Under the pieces are notes generated by a model that saw only the letters and a program-made list of their open reading frames with translations, was not told where the DNA came from and searched no databases. From contig CAVTRY010000012.1 in assembly GCA_963737265.1 (NCBI GenBank), positions 288,001 through 352,000 of the forward strand: a DNA stretch of 64,000 nucleotides. Reading direction: 5' to 3'. Below are positions 41,213 to 51,134 of this stretch, one piece after another (the first letter of the stretch is position 1; each line of letters begins with the position of its first letter). The DNA comes from an uncultured delta proteobacterium. Lineage in GTDB: Bacteria; Myxococcota_A; Polyangia; Fen-1088. Position numbers and translations under genes: made by a program.

Positions 41213-42622
41213 TTAGAATGCGATCGGCGATTTCACATTCCTGTTCGTGTAGAGCCAGTCCTTGACAAATCCGCCCTCTTCGCGTGGGCCGACCAGTAAT
41301 GACCAGTTATCGCTGAACATCCTCGGCAGCCAGCTATTGCTGGCGCACCAGTCGGTCCAGCTTCCGCCCATGGCCTCTAGCCATTCCAGCATGGGTTTGC
41401 CATAGGTCACCGAAATGTCCGGATCGGGTTCGGTTTCGCTTGCCGCATTGTTGTAGCCCCACTCGGTCATCACCACCGGGTTGACCTTCGCGCACGCCTC
41501 CACCTGTGCCTTGTTCCAGGCACTCGTCCAGTGGTGGTAGTACATGTGAACCGTATAGACAATATTGCCGCCGGTAAGCGGGTTCGTGGCCGCATCGCCC
41601 ATGGTCTGATCCCAGGCGGGGCTACCGGCGAAAATCAGGTTCTTGGGTGCGAAGCCGCGGATCAGATTGACCCAAGCTTGCATGGTGGGTTTGTACGTGG
41701 CCCAGCTGTCCTGGACGCTTGACTCGTTGAATGGCTCATAGATGACGTTCGGATAATCCTTGAACATCGGAGCCACGGTGGTCCAGAAGCTATTGACCGC
41801 CTGGACGTTGTTGTATGGGTTATCGACGTAGTGCAAGTCGATGATCGCGTAGAGGCCCTTCTTTGTCGCGTAGTCCACCGCTGGCTTGAGAAGCGTATTT
41901 ATTTCAGCGTTCGCCCCGTTGCCCGAATCGACAGGCAAGCGCAGCATCACCGGATACCAGCCGGGTGAGGTTCCCCCCGTATCGTTCCTGTTCGTAATCA
42001 GGTCGATAACCCCGTTGATATTGTGCTGGGAGTCTGTCGATTGTTGGCCAAGGCCTTCGATGGAAACTCCCCGCAGGATTACCTGCTGGCCGGTCGCCTC
42101 GACTTGGATCTGGTTCCCCACCACCTTCAGCCACGGCAAACCGCCAGTGCTAACCGTCGCGCCACCCATCGCCGTCGCGCCGCCCGCCGCCGTCGTGCCA
42201 CCATTGCCGGTGGAGCCTCCCGATGCGCCCTCTCGGCCACCGGTCGATCCCGCCGTGCCAGTTGCGCCGCCCGTACCCCCGGACGCGCCGCCCGTGCTCG
42301 TGGCCACGCCGCCCGTGCTCGTGGCCACGCCGCCCGTGCTCGTGGCCACGCCGCCCGTGCTCGTGGCCACGCCGCCTGTGCTCGTGGCCGCGCCGCCTGT
42401 GCCAATCGCGCCGCCGGTGACAGGGGTGCCGCCCTGGCCGGTTTCACCGCGTCCGGTCACTCCGCCTGAGCTTGCCATGCCGCCGCTTCCCAGCGAGCCG
42501 CCTGCGCCGCCGGAGCCAGAGGGGCCACCGCTACTCGATTGGCAGCTGGGCACAAGGAATGCGGATGCGATCAAGGCAGCGCCGGCGAAGAACCTCGATC
42601 GGCATGGGAATGTGCTCGTCAT
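41213..42622 (-). CDS. GH5 endoglycanase (cellulase-like) lipoprotein
   Basis: YAIIDLH, IYEPFNE (acid/base), YTVHMY, VVMTEWG (nucleophile). Confidence 0.9.
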   Translation of the reverse strand: MTSTFPCRSRFFAGAALIASAFLVPSCQSSSGGPSGSGGAGGSLGSGGMASSGGVTGRGETGQGGTPVTGGAIGTGGAATSTGGVATSTGGVATSTGGVATSTGGVATSTGGASGGTGGATGTAGSTGGREGASGGSTGNGGTTAAGGATAMGGATVSTGGLPWLKVVGNQIQVEATGQQVILRGVSIEGLGQQSTDSQHNINGVIDLITNRNDTGGTSPGWYPVMLRLPVDSGNGANAEINTLLKPAVDYATKKGLYAIIDLHYVDNPYNNVQAVNSFWTTVAPMFKDYPNVIYEPFNESSVQDSWATYKPTMQAWVNLIRGFAPKNLIFAGSPAWDQTMGDAATNPLTGGNIVYTVHMYYHHWTSAWNKAQVEACAKVNPVVMTEWGYNNAASETEPDPDISVTYGKPMLEWLEAMGGSWTDWCASNSWLPRMFSDNWSLLVGPREEGGFVKDWLYTNRNVKSPIAF

Positions 42623-42911
42623 GACAACCTCAAATTTGGGGAACCAGTCGGGTGAATGGCGGGAACGAACCCGCCAGGTCCGACGAGAGATGTGGACAAG
42701 TGCTCACAAGCTTCAATCGGCCGCGGCGGACGTCGGCAAAGCAGCGGGCCGCGCCACCGGTAAGCCGATAGAAGCTTTGCGGAGGAAGGGCACATATAAA
42801 TTGATACAGCCAGTGTTGCAGCAGTTCCAAGCCAGCGTCACGCCGACCGAGTCTCGCGAAGGCGGCGCGACACGGCGGCTAATGCTCGTGCCATCGCTAT
42901 TGGAGGATTCC

Positions 42912-44015
42912 ATGAAAAACAACGTTGTTCGGGGAGTTTTGTCGGTGATTCTGTCGCTCGCCGCATGCGCCGTTCTAGGGTGCTCGTCGAGCTCCACGCC
43001 CGCCGGTGGTGAAGGTGGCGCGGGAGGGATCGGTTCGGGAGGCGCAACCGGGAGCGGTGGGGCCGTAGGAAGCGGCGGAGCCATCGCGAAAGGCGGCAGT
43101 GTTGCGTCGGGCGGAGCCGCAAGCTCGGGCGGAGCCGCAAGCTCGGGCGGAGCGCAGGGGTCAGGCGGTGTCGCGAGCTCGGGTGGAGCCACGACCCAGG
43201 GCGGTGCCGTTCAAGGCTCTGGCGGCGCCACAGCCTTGGGCGGAGCCGCGAGCGGAGGAGCGCAAGGGTCCGGCGGTGTCGTGCGAGAAGGTGGAACCAC
43301 GGCCCAGGGCGGTGCCGTTCAAGGCTCCGGCGGCGCGACAGGTGGGAACGCATCCGCGACTGGGGGCGCCACCGCGACCGGGGGAACCTCGGCGACCGGT
43401 GGTACGACGACGACCGGCGCGGCTGTGAGCATTTTCGACGGGAGCACCATGGACGGATGGCTTTCGAATCCGGCGAACGCTTTTTCAATTAATACCGCCG
43501 ATGGCGCCATTGCCTCGATGGGGGGCGTCAGGGGAACCTGTTATACGGCGAACAAGTACAGTTTCTACCGCATGATTTTTTCCGTAAGGCAAGTTCAGAG
43601 GAATGGCCATGATCAGGGCGTGATTTTTTTCGGCTCCGACGGCGCAGCAGACGCGCTTAAGGGTGTCATGTTCGCTTTGCCCGACAGTTGGGGTTGGGAC
43701 TATCGGAACGGAAGCGTCGGCGCCGGCAATCACGTAGCGGATCTTCCCAACGTGAATGTAGCTGCGTGGGCGAGGTGCGAGCTGCTCGTGAATGCGAACA
43801 CGGGGCTCGCCAGGGCCGCGTGCGCCCAGCCCGTTACGGCCAAGGCCGTCGAGTTGATCACGTTCCAGGCGAACCCGCCCCCCAAGGCCCCGGGCTATTT
43901 TGGCATGCTATGTCATAACGGCAAGGATTCAAATGGCGGGATACAAGAAGACGAATATAAGGACATCACCATAGAAGTAAATCCCGCGGTAGATGATCTG
44001 ATCACGACAAAGTAG
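42912..44015 (+). CDS. Gly-rich lipoprotein with DUF1080-like (ConA-fold) domain
   Basis: Lipobox VLGC; SIFDGSTMDGW...EYKDITIE. Confidence 0.75.
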   Translation: MKNNVVRGVLSVILSLAACAVLGCSSSSTPAGGEGGAGGIGSGGATGSGGAVGSGGAIAKGGSVASGGAASSGGAASSGGAQGSGGVASSGGATTQGGAVQGSGGATALGGAASGGAQGSGGVVREGGTTAQGGAVQGSGGATGGNASATGGATATGGTSATGGTTTTGAAVSIFDGSTMDGWLSNPANAFSINTADGAIASMGGVRGTCYTANKYSFYRMIFSVRQVQRNGHDQGVIFFGSDGAADALKGVMFALPDSWGWDYRNGSVGAGNHVADLPNVNVAAWARCELLVNANTGLARAACAQPVTAKAVELITFQANPPPKAPGYFGMLCHNGKDSNGGIQEDEYKDITIEVNPAVDDLITTK

Positions 44016-44181
44016 ATGGTCGCGGGGTCGGGGTCCTGCCAGCAGGATCCCGACCTAAAATCCCAAGCAGGCGCCAGCGGCCAGTCCTCCGCCCCAGCCC
44101 GCAAGTCCCGTGGCGGCACCCCGAACGATCGAGCGTGACAAGTTTTGACGCGGGTACTATCGTTCGCAAGTGAGGAAGACG

Positions 44182-44958
44182 ATGCAGAAGACCCTTGGTT
44201 GGCTGGTGTGCTGTTTGCTCGCGGGTCGTGTCGCGCAGGCCCAGGAAGCGGGCCAAGATCCACGCGTTGGCGAGGCAAAGACAGCCTGTGGAGCGGGTGA
44301 CGTTCAAAACGGTGTCCGCCTCTTGGCTGAGCTTTACACCGCCTCTGGCGACCCCATCTGGATTTTCGACCAGGGCCGCTGCTTTCAAGAAAACGACCAG
44401 CTCACGCTTGCCTTGACTCGTTTCAAGGAATTTCTGCGTAAAAGCGAGGGCACGCCCAACGAAGACATTCGGGACGCCCAGAGCTATATCGCTGAAATCG
44501 AGGCTGAGCTACAACGATCGCAGTCGGCGTCGAGAAACGCGGCCCCACCGCCCGCGGAGCCGGCAGCCACGGCTTCTACCGCCGGGGCCAAGCCAGGACG
44601 CGGACTGCGCTATGGCGGCATCGGAGCCATCATCGTTGGGGGCGCCGCCGTGGCAACCGGAGTCGTCTTCAGCGTGCTTGTGAAAAAGACCGCGAACGAC
44701 ATCGAGTCCCAGGCCAACCAGACCGGCGGCGCCAATTGGTCAGCGGTGAGCGGAAAATATTCCGATGGTAGCCGCTACCAAACCCTGCAATGGATGTCCT
44801 ACGGCGTCGGGGCGGCGGCGCTGATCGCGGGTGGCGTTCTTTGTTGGGTTGGGTCCGCGTCCGCCAAACCTCAGATGAGCGCAACGTACGTGTTCCCAGT
44901 CTTCATGGCCAGCGGCGGGGGAGCCGGTGGGGGAGCCGGCCTGCACGTGGCATTCTAG
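44182..44958 (+). CDS. Secreted TPR protein with C-terminal hydrophobic hairpin
   Basis: AKTACGAGD...IFDQGRCFQE; paralogue of 15999-16838; ends HVAF. Confidence 0.8.
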   Translation: MQKTLGWLVCCLLAGRVAQAQEAGQDPRVGEAKTACGAGDVQNGVRLLAELYTASGDPIWIFDQGRCFQENDQLTLALTRFKEFLRKSEGTPNEDIRDAQSYIAEIEAELQRSQSASRNAAPPPAEPAATASTAGAKPGRGLRYGGIGAIIVGGAAVATGVVFSVLVKKTANDIESQANQTGGANWSAVSGKYSDGSRYQTLQWMSYGVGAAALIAGGVLCWVGSASAKPQMSATYVFPVFMASGGGAGGGAGLHVAF

Positions 44959-44982
44959 GCATGGTTTCGAGAGAGCCGGACA

Positions 44983-46963
44983 ATGCCCAAGACTCAATAT
45001 CAACTGTTGATGATCGCGGTCGTCTCGCTCGCCGCGTGCAAATTCGCCCCGAACGTCCAGGACCGCAGCATTCATTGCAACGGCATGACGGAATGCCCAT
45101 CTGGGTATTTCTGTGTGACCGCTGGCCAGGTGCCTTCACCCTCGTCGCCCGGCGTGTGCTGCAAGAACAAGAACTGCCTGAGTAGCACACCTCCGGCTCA
45201 GGACGGCGGAGGCGTCGCCGACGGACTGGCGGCCAGTCCTGATGGTCGCGGTGCTGATGGCGGCGCCTCCGGCACGGGTGGCGTGGTCGGCACGGGCGGA
45301 ATCGTCGGCGTGGGTGGCATGATCGGCGCGGGCGGAGCGGTCGACGCAGGCGGAATCGTCGGCGCGGGCAGTGGTGGTGGCGGCGGCAGCGTTGGCGGCG
45401 GCAGCGGTGGCGGCGGCAGCGTTGGCGGCGGCAGCGGTGGCGGCGCCAGCGGTGGCGGCACCGGTGGTGGCGGCGGCAGCGGAAATGTGGGTGCCGGGGG
45501 AGGCTCCGCTGGAAGCGGTGCCGGCGGTACCAGCGGCCGCCTCGATGCCGCAATCGATGCTCCGGTGCCGCCCCCCGACGTGCCGGTGCTCTTGCCCGCC
45601 GGAGCGACCTGCAAGGTGAATAGCGACTGCGCCCTTAACCACTGCGTCGAAGGTGTTTGTTGCGACGGTGCATGCGGGCAAACTTGCCGTTCGTGCCTGG
45701 GCAGCAAGACGGGAGGCCAGGACGGAACCTGCGCCAACATGACACCCGGATCGGCGTGTACTGGGGGCGTTTGCAATAGCACCACCGGCACGACTCCGGC
45801 CTGCGTGGCCTGCGCGCAGGGCAACTCCTGTCCTCCCGCCAACGTGTGCAAGACTGGAAAGCTCGACTGCTCGACTGGCACACCGGTCTGCAAGGAGGAC
45901 CAGAACTTGGACGCGACCCATGCCTGCGGACCGGCTGCTTCGTGTAGCACGACGACGAACAAAGCAACCCGCGCCCAGATGTGCGATGGCGTGGGGAATT
46001 GTCCAGCGGCCGTCGTCGACGCCTGTGCCTACGGTTGCAACGGAACTGTGTGTGCCACCGCGAAATCGCAGGGCTCCCTGTGCGGATCGACGGCCGAATG
46101 CGCAAACGAATTGTCCTGCGCGGACAGCTATTGCTGCAACAGTGCTTGCACCGGATCTTGTCAGGCTTGTAATGTCGCGGGCTCCCTTGGCACGTGTACC
46201 ACGCTGATCTCCGGCGACACGCCTCATTCAGGCCGCGTGGCCTGCGCCGGCTCGGGTCTTTGCCAAGGAACCTGCAATGGATCGAGTACATTGTGCAGCT
46301 ATCCGGGTGCGGAGACCACCTGTGTCCAGGCAAGCTGCACCGGCCAAACGGCGACGATGGCTGCTTCATGCGCCGGAAATGGCGCCTGCGCGACGGCCAC
46401 GACCAAACCATGCAATGGGTACGGATGCAACGGCACCGTCTGCGGTACTGGGACGAGCCAGGGCGGGGCGTGTTCGCCAACCGGCACCCCGTGCGCTTCC
46501 GGCCTCTACTGCACCGATGGTCTGTGTAGCACGGCTATGAGCATTTTCGACGCAGGTTCAACGGATGGGCCATGATCCGGGCGTGCTTTTTTTCGGCACC
46601 GACGCCACAAAAGACGCGCTTGGTGGTGTCATGTTCGCGTTGCCTGACAATTGGGGTTGGGACTATCAGAACGGAACGAGCGAAGTCACCGGCACTGCTG
46701 TAGGTTCGGTGCCCAATCTGGATCTAACTCAGTGGGCGAGGTGCGAACTGCTCGTGAATTCGAACACTGGACTCGCCAGGGCCGCGTGCGCCCAGCCCGT
46801 TACCGCCAAGGCCGTCGAGTTGATCACGTTCCAGCAGGCCCCGACTCCCAATGTCCCGAGCTATTTTGGCATCCTATGTCATACCGCGGGAGAAGTAGAC
46901 GAATACAAGGACATCACCATTGAAGTGAATCCCACGGTGAATGATCTCATCACGACGAAGTAA
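44983..46963 (+). pseudogene. Cys-rich lipoprotein fused to a DUF1080-like domain, frameshifted by deletion near 46550
   Basis: Lipobox LAAC; Cys repeats very similar to 13500-14330; SIFD jumps to QVQR.GHD in another frame. Confidence 0.75.
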
Positions 46964-47236
46964 AAGGATGCTGCCGCTGCAAAGCCGCCGGAACGACCCG
47001 CGAGTTTCATGATGCGCGTTTGGTCGCGGTCTTACTTCGCCGCGGGATCGCCACAGAGGCAGGGCCGGGGCCGGCGGGTCGGGGAACGGTACGTCGATAG
47101 AAGGTTTCCGAGCCAAGGGCACATGTAATCGTTTGTCGGTGGCGTTTGAGCCATCCCAAGGTGTCACGCCGACTGAGCCTCACGGAGACGGGGTCACATG
47201 CCGCAACGTTCGTGCCATCGCGATTGGAGGAATTCC

Positions 47237-48280
47237 ATGAAAAGTATCGTTGTTCGGAAAGGTTTGTCGGTAATTCTGTCGCTCGCCGCATGCACCGTTC
47301 TAGGGTGCTCGTCGAACTCCACGCCCGCGGGTGGTGAAGGTGGTGCGGGAGCGACCGGTTCGGGAGGAAAGGTTGGCTCGGGCGGCGCACCTGGGAACGG
47401 TGGGGCCGTAGGAGGCGGCGGAGCCACCGCGAAAGGAGGCAGCGTTGCGTCGGGCGGAGCCGCGAGCTCGGGTGGCGCGCCGGGGTCGGGCGGTGTCGCG
47501 ACGTCGGGTGGTGCCACGACCCAGGGCGGTGCCGTTCAAAGCTCCGGCGGAGCCGCAGGCAGTACCGCGGTGGCTTCGGGTGGCGCCGCAGGCGGCGCAC
47601 AAACGACCGGTGGAAACACATCTGCGACTGGGGGCGCTGCGACCGGTGGAACCTCCGCGACCGGTGGGACCTCGGCGAACGGTGGCACGACGGGCGCGGT
47701 AAGCATTTTTGACGGGAATACCCTGGCCGGATGGGTTTCGAATCCGGCGAGCGCCTTTACCGTTAATGTCGCCGATGGCGCCATCGCCTCGACAGGGGGC
47801 CTCAGGGGGGTTTGTTATATAGCGAACAAACTCAGCTTCTATCGCCTCATTTACTCTCTCAGGCAGGTTCATCCGGCGGGCGATAACCATTCTCCTGGCG
47901 TGCTTTTCTTCGGCACCGACGCCACAAAAGACGCGCTTTGGGGTGTCCAATTCGCGTTGCCTGAGAGTTGGGGTTGGGACTATCGGAACGGAACGAGCAA
48001 AGGCACCGGCACTGCTGTAGGTCAGGTAGCCAATCTAAATCTAAAAGATTGGACGAAGTGCGAACTGCTCGTGAATTCGAACACGGGACTCGCCCGGGCC
48101 GCGTGCGCCCAGCCCGTTACGGCCAAGGCCGTCGAGGTGCTCACGTTCCAGCAGCCCGCGACTCCCAATGTCGCGTACTATTTTGGCATTCAATGTCATA
48201 CCGGGGGCCAATTGGACGAATACAAGGACATCACCCTAGAAGTAAATCCCGCGGTGAATGATCTGATTACAACGAAGTAA
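47237..48280 (+). CDS. Gly-rich lipoprotein with DUF1080-like domain (paralogue of 42912-44015)
   Basis: Similar leader, signal peptide and SIFDG...EVNPAVNDLITTK domain. Confidence 0.78.
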   Translation: MKSIVVRKGLSVILSLAACTVLGCSSNSTPAGGEGGAGATGSGGKVGSGGAPGNGGAVGGGGATAKGGSVASGGAASSGGAPGSGGVATSGGATTQGGAVQSSGGAAGSTAVASGGAAGGAQTTGGNTSATGGAATGGTSATGGTSANGGTTGAVSIFDGNTLAGWVSNPASAFTVNVADGAIASTGGLRGVCYIANKLSFYRLIYSLRQVHPAGDNHSPGVLFFGTDATKDALWGVQFALPESWGWDYRNGTSKGTGTAVGQVANLNLKDWTKCELLVNSNTGLARAACAQPVTAKAVEVLTFQQPATPNVAYYFGIQCHTGGQLDEYKDITLEVNPAVNDLITTK

Positions 48281-48329
48281 ACAGATGGCTGATCCCCATC
48301 ATCCACGCTCATCAAATGTAAGCGGTGTC

Positions 48330-48526
48330 CCAAATCCCGTCCGTCTTTTTCGCGCAACTTTCCGCGGCCTTCCGAGAACATAGACATGACCCTCCCTCGC
48401 CAGGTCGTGCCCGGCCGTGACTACATGATTACCCGCCGCTGTTCCGAGCAGCGCTTCTTCCTGCGTCCCGATTGAAGACACCAACAACGCCTCCATCTAC
48501 TGCCTGGCCTTGGTCGCCAGGCGGGC
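48330..48526 (+). mobile_element. RAYT 5'-end unit 8 (inverted): leader + frameshifted transposase N-terminus
   Basis: MTLPRQVVPGRDYMITRRCSEQRFFLRPD / EDTNNASIYCLALVARR from 48386. Confidence 0.75.
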
Positions 48527-48529
48527 TAT

Positions 48530-48628
48530 CTACTTACCCCGATAAACGTCTTTCCGATCTCCGATCCGAACCTCGTGAATGAGAATCTCTTTGTCCAAGA
48601 TGTCGACGATGATCCTGTAGTCGCCAGC
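48530..48628 (-). pseudogene. relE: RelE C-terminal fragment
   Basis: GDYRIIVDILDKEILIHEVRIGDRKDVYRGK*; matches 6544-6590. Confidence 0.75.
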
Positions 48629-48661
48629 CCCTCGCGGCCCGGCAGACCTTAGAGGTTCTGC

Positions 48662-49075
48662 CTAGCGTACGCCACGCATCGCGATCTGGATTGGACGGCT
48701 GACGGCGGTCAGGATGATGGCGCCGGGATCGAGGTCGCGCAGGCGGGGCAGCGTAACCGGCTGCCATGCGACGGACGGATCGAAGAGAAAATTGATGCGG
48801 TACTTTTTCTCGGCAGCGATCCGGGTGCGGCGCAAGATCCAGCTGAGAAGCTCCTTTATTCCCGACGAGTTGAGGAACGACAGACCGGTCACGTCGACCT
48901 TGACCTCGGCCAGGCCTTCGCCGAGCGCCATGTTATGAACGAGCTCGAGGAACCCAGCCATCAGGTCGCGCGGACTCATCTGATCGATCTCGCCGACAAT
49001 CGACACCGTTTCCCCGTCTACCCGCAGGCTGACTTTTCCGCCTGCTACCTGCACTAGTGAAATCTGCATGGCCAC
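48662..49075 (-). CDS. STAS/anti-anti-sigma-like protein
   Basis: VKVDVTGLSFLNSSGIKELLSWI STAS signature. Confidence 0.7.
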   Translation of the reverse strand: MAMQISLVQVAGGKVSLRVDGETVSIVGEIDQMSPRDLMAGFLELVHNMALGEGLAEVKVDVTGLSFLNSSGIKELLSWILRRTRIAAEKKYRINFLFDPSVAWQPVTLPRLRDLDPGAIILTAVSRPIQIAMRGVR

Positions 49076-49352
49076 ACTCCAAACGTAAGAACTTTCGACG
49101 GGTTCTTACCAACCTCCACGCTGAGCTCCGTCGGGCGAAGCCCGCCGACATTCACGCGTTCTGCGAATCGCTTGCACGAGATGATCCTCGGCAAGACCCG
49201 CGCGGCTCTGTAGCGGGCATCGGGAGCCCGCCTCGACAAATTGAGGACGCTGCGACAGCGATGTCGCGAAAACGTCGCATTGGCGGTCAGAGTCGGCAGT
49301 GTTTGCGCGGCACTGGCCACGGCATGTAAATTGCTGCGTGGAGATGCTTGCC

Positions 49353-51134
49353 ATGAACAAGATCCACTTTGGTTTGGGTGTCATCGCGATGGCCGGGCTT
49401 GTCGCATGCAGTTCGGCTTCCGAGAATTCCGCTGGCTCCTTGCCCAAAGGCACGAGCGGGTCGCGGGGGGCGGGCGGAGCTAACGGCAGCATCGGGATTG
49501 GCGCCGTCGGCGGCGCCAACGCGGCTGCTCCGGTCGTCGTCGGGCCGGAAAACGAACAAACCCTCGACTTGCTAGCTCCGCGCGCCGGAGCCCGCTACGT
49601 GTACGTCGCCAATCCCACCCGCGACACCGTGAGCATCATCGATTCCACGGATCTGGCTATCACCGAGGTCACCACCGGCGACACGCCGACCTACCTTGCC
49701 ACCGTACCCGGTCAGGACGTGGCCTTGGTCATCAACGTCGGCGCCCACACCCTCAGCGTCCTGCGCGGCACCACCATGGACGCTCAGCTCCTGCCCGTCG
49801 TGCCCAAGGCGAACGCCATCGCCATCGCGCCCGACGGCCTGCACGCGGTGGTGTGGTACGACCCTTCCCAGACCAGCGCCACCACCACGCAGTCCACCCC
49901 CACGCCATTGACGGGAAGCACTCAGGATGTCTCGGTCATCACGCTGTCCAGCGCGGGTGACGCTTCCATTGCCATGACCGTCGGCTACCAGCCGAGCGCA
50001 GTGGTTTTCTCCAGCGACGGAGCCGCCGCCTTCGTGGTCACGAGCGACGGCATCTCACAGCTTCGCTTCGCCAGCATTACGAAGCCGGCCATCGCTCCGC
50101 TGACCCCCATCATCAAGCCCGTCGTCACGGTGGTTTCCGAGGACGCCGGCCTGGCGGATGCCGCGGGCCTGGATGGTTCCGGCTCCTCGGTGGACGGCGG
50201 CACGTCGTTGGATCTTGGCCAGGATGCCGTTCCAACGACAGCAGCGGCGGGGACCGGCACGCCGATCGATGTTTCGGTGACTCCGGACGGGCACTATGCC
50301 ATTGCTCGGCGCGCTGGTAGCGCCGAGCTGCTGCTCGTCGACCTGACCGCCCCAGCCAACGCCGTCACGTCGATCGTTCTGTCCAGCCCGGTCACCGATC
50401 TCGACATGAACCCGGCCGGAACGCAGGCCTTCGCGGTACTGCGCGACGAGAGCAAGCTCCTCGTGCTCGATATTCCGGCCGGCTTCACCGATAGCTCCCA
50501 CCGGACGACTTGGCTGCTGTCCGGCCAAACCGTCGGTTCGGTCACCGTCAGCGCCCAAGGCAAGTACGCTGTCCTCTACACCACGGCGCTGCCCATCACG
50601 CGCCTGGTGATTCTGAATTTGCAGCCCGGCGTCGCTACCGCTGCGCGGGTCATCGCCGTCGACGTCAAGAAAGCGATTCGCGCGGTTGCGGTCGCGCCCG
50701 ACGAGCAAACCGTCCTTGTCCTGCACACCAAGGCTTCGGGCAGCCCAACGGCCGCCGGCATCGATCCGGGCACGCAGCTCGACCGGTCCTACGGCTACTC
50801 TGTGGTCCGCCTGAGCGACGGCGTCGCCAAGCTTCAAATCACCAGTGCCGATCCCAACCCGTTCGCCATCACGCCGAAGTCGGAATTCGCCTTCGTGCTG
50901 TTGCGCGACGACAGCGCGGACGTGCGCATCGCGGAGAGCATCGACCTCACCAGTTTCCAAACCGCCGATTTCGTTCTTGGCAGTCCACCCAACTCGATCG
51001 CGGCGCTGTCATCCGACACTGAGGTGTTCGTCGGACAGGTTCACCCCGAAGGCCGTATCAGCTTCATCAATTGGCAGACCGGCCAGGTTAGCTCCGTCAC
51101 CGGCTTCGCTCTCAACGGAAGGATCCAACAATGA
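49353..51134 (+). CDS. Beta-propeller lipoprotein (YVTN-like)
   Basis: Lipobox LVAC; YVYVANPTRDTVSIID, AIAPDG, VTPDG repeats. Confidence 0.78.
   Translation: MNKIHFGLGVIAMAGLVACSSASENSAGSLPKGTSGSRGAGGANGSIGIGAVGGANAAAPVVVGPENEQTLDLLAPRAGARYVYVANPTRDTVSIIDSTDLAITEVTTGDTPTYLATVPGQDVALVINVGAHTLSVLRGTTMDAQLLPVVPKANAIAIAPDGLHAVVWYDPSQTSATTTQSTPTPLTGSTQDVSVITLSSAGDASIAMTVGYQPSAVVFSSDGAAAFVVTSDGISQLRFASITKPAIAPLTPIIKPVVTVVSEDAGLADAAGLDGSGSSVDGGTSLDLGQDAVPTTAAAGTGTPIDVSVTPDGHYAIARRAGSAELLLVDLTAPANAVTSIVLSSPVTDLDMNPAGTQAFAVLRDESKLLVLDIPAGFTDSSHRTTWLLSGQTVGSVTVSAQGKYAVLYTTALPITRLVILNLQPGVATAARVIAVDVKKAIRAVAVAPDEQTVLVLHTKASGSPTAAGIDPGTQLDRSYGYSVVRLSDGVAKLQITSADPNPFAITPKSEFAFVLLRDDSADVRIAESIDLTSFQTADFVLGSPPNSIAALSSDTEVFVGQVHPEGRISFINWQTGQVSSVTGFALNGRIQQ

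Noticed and set aside
37500-42400. 18- and 21-bp tandem repeats (also near 19450, 33770, 45380) as arrays or mobile repeats
   Set aside because: In-frame Gly/Ser/Thr linker coding sequence within lipoprotein genes
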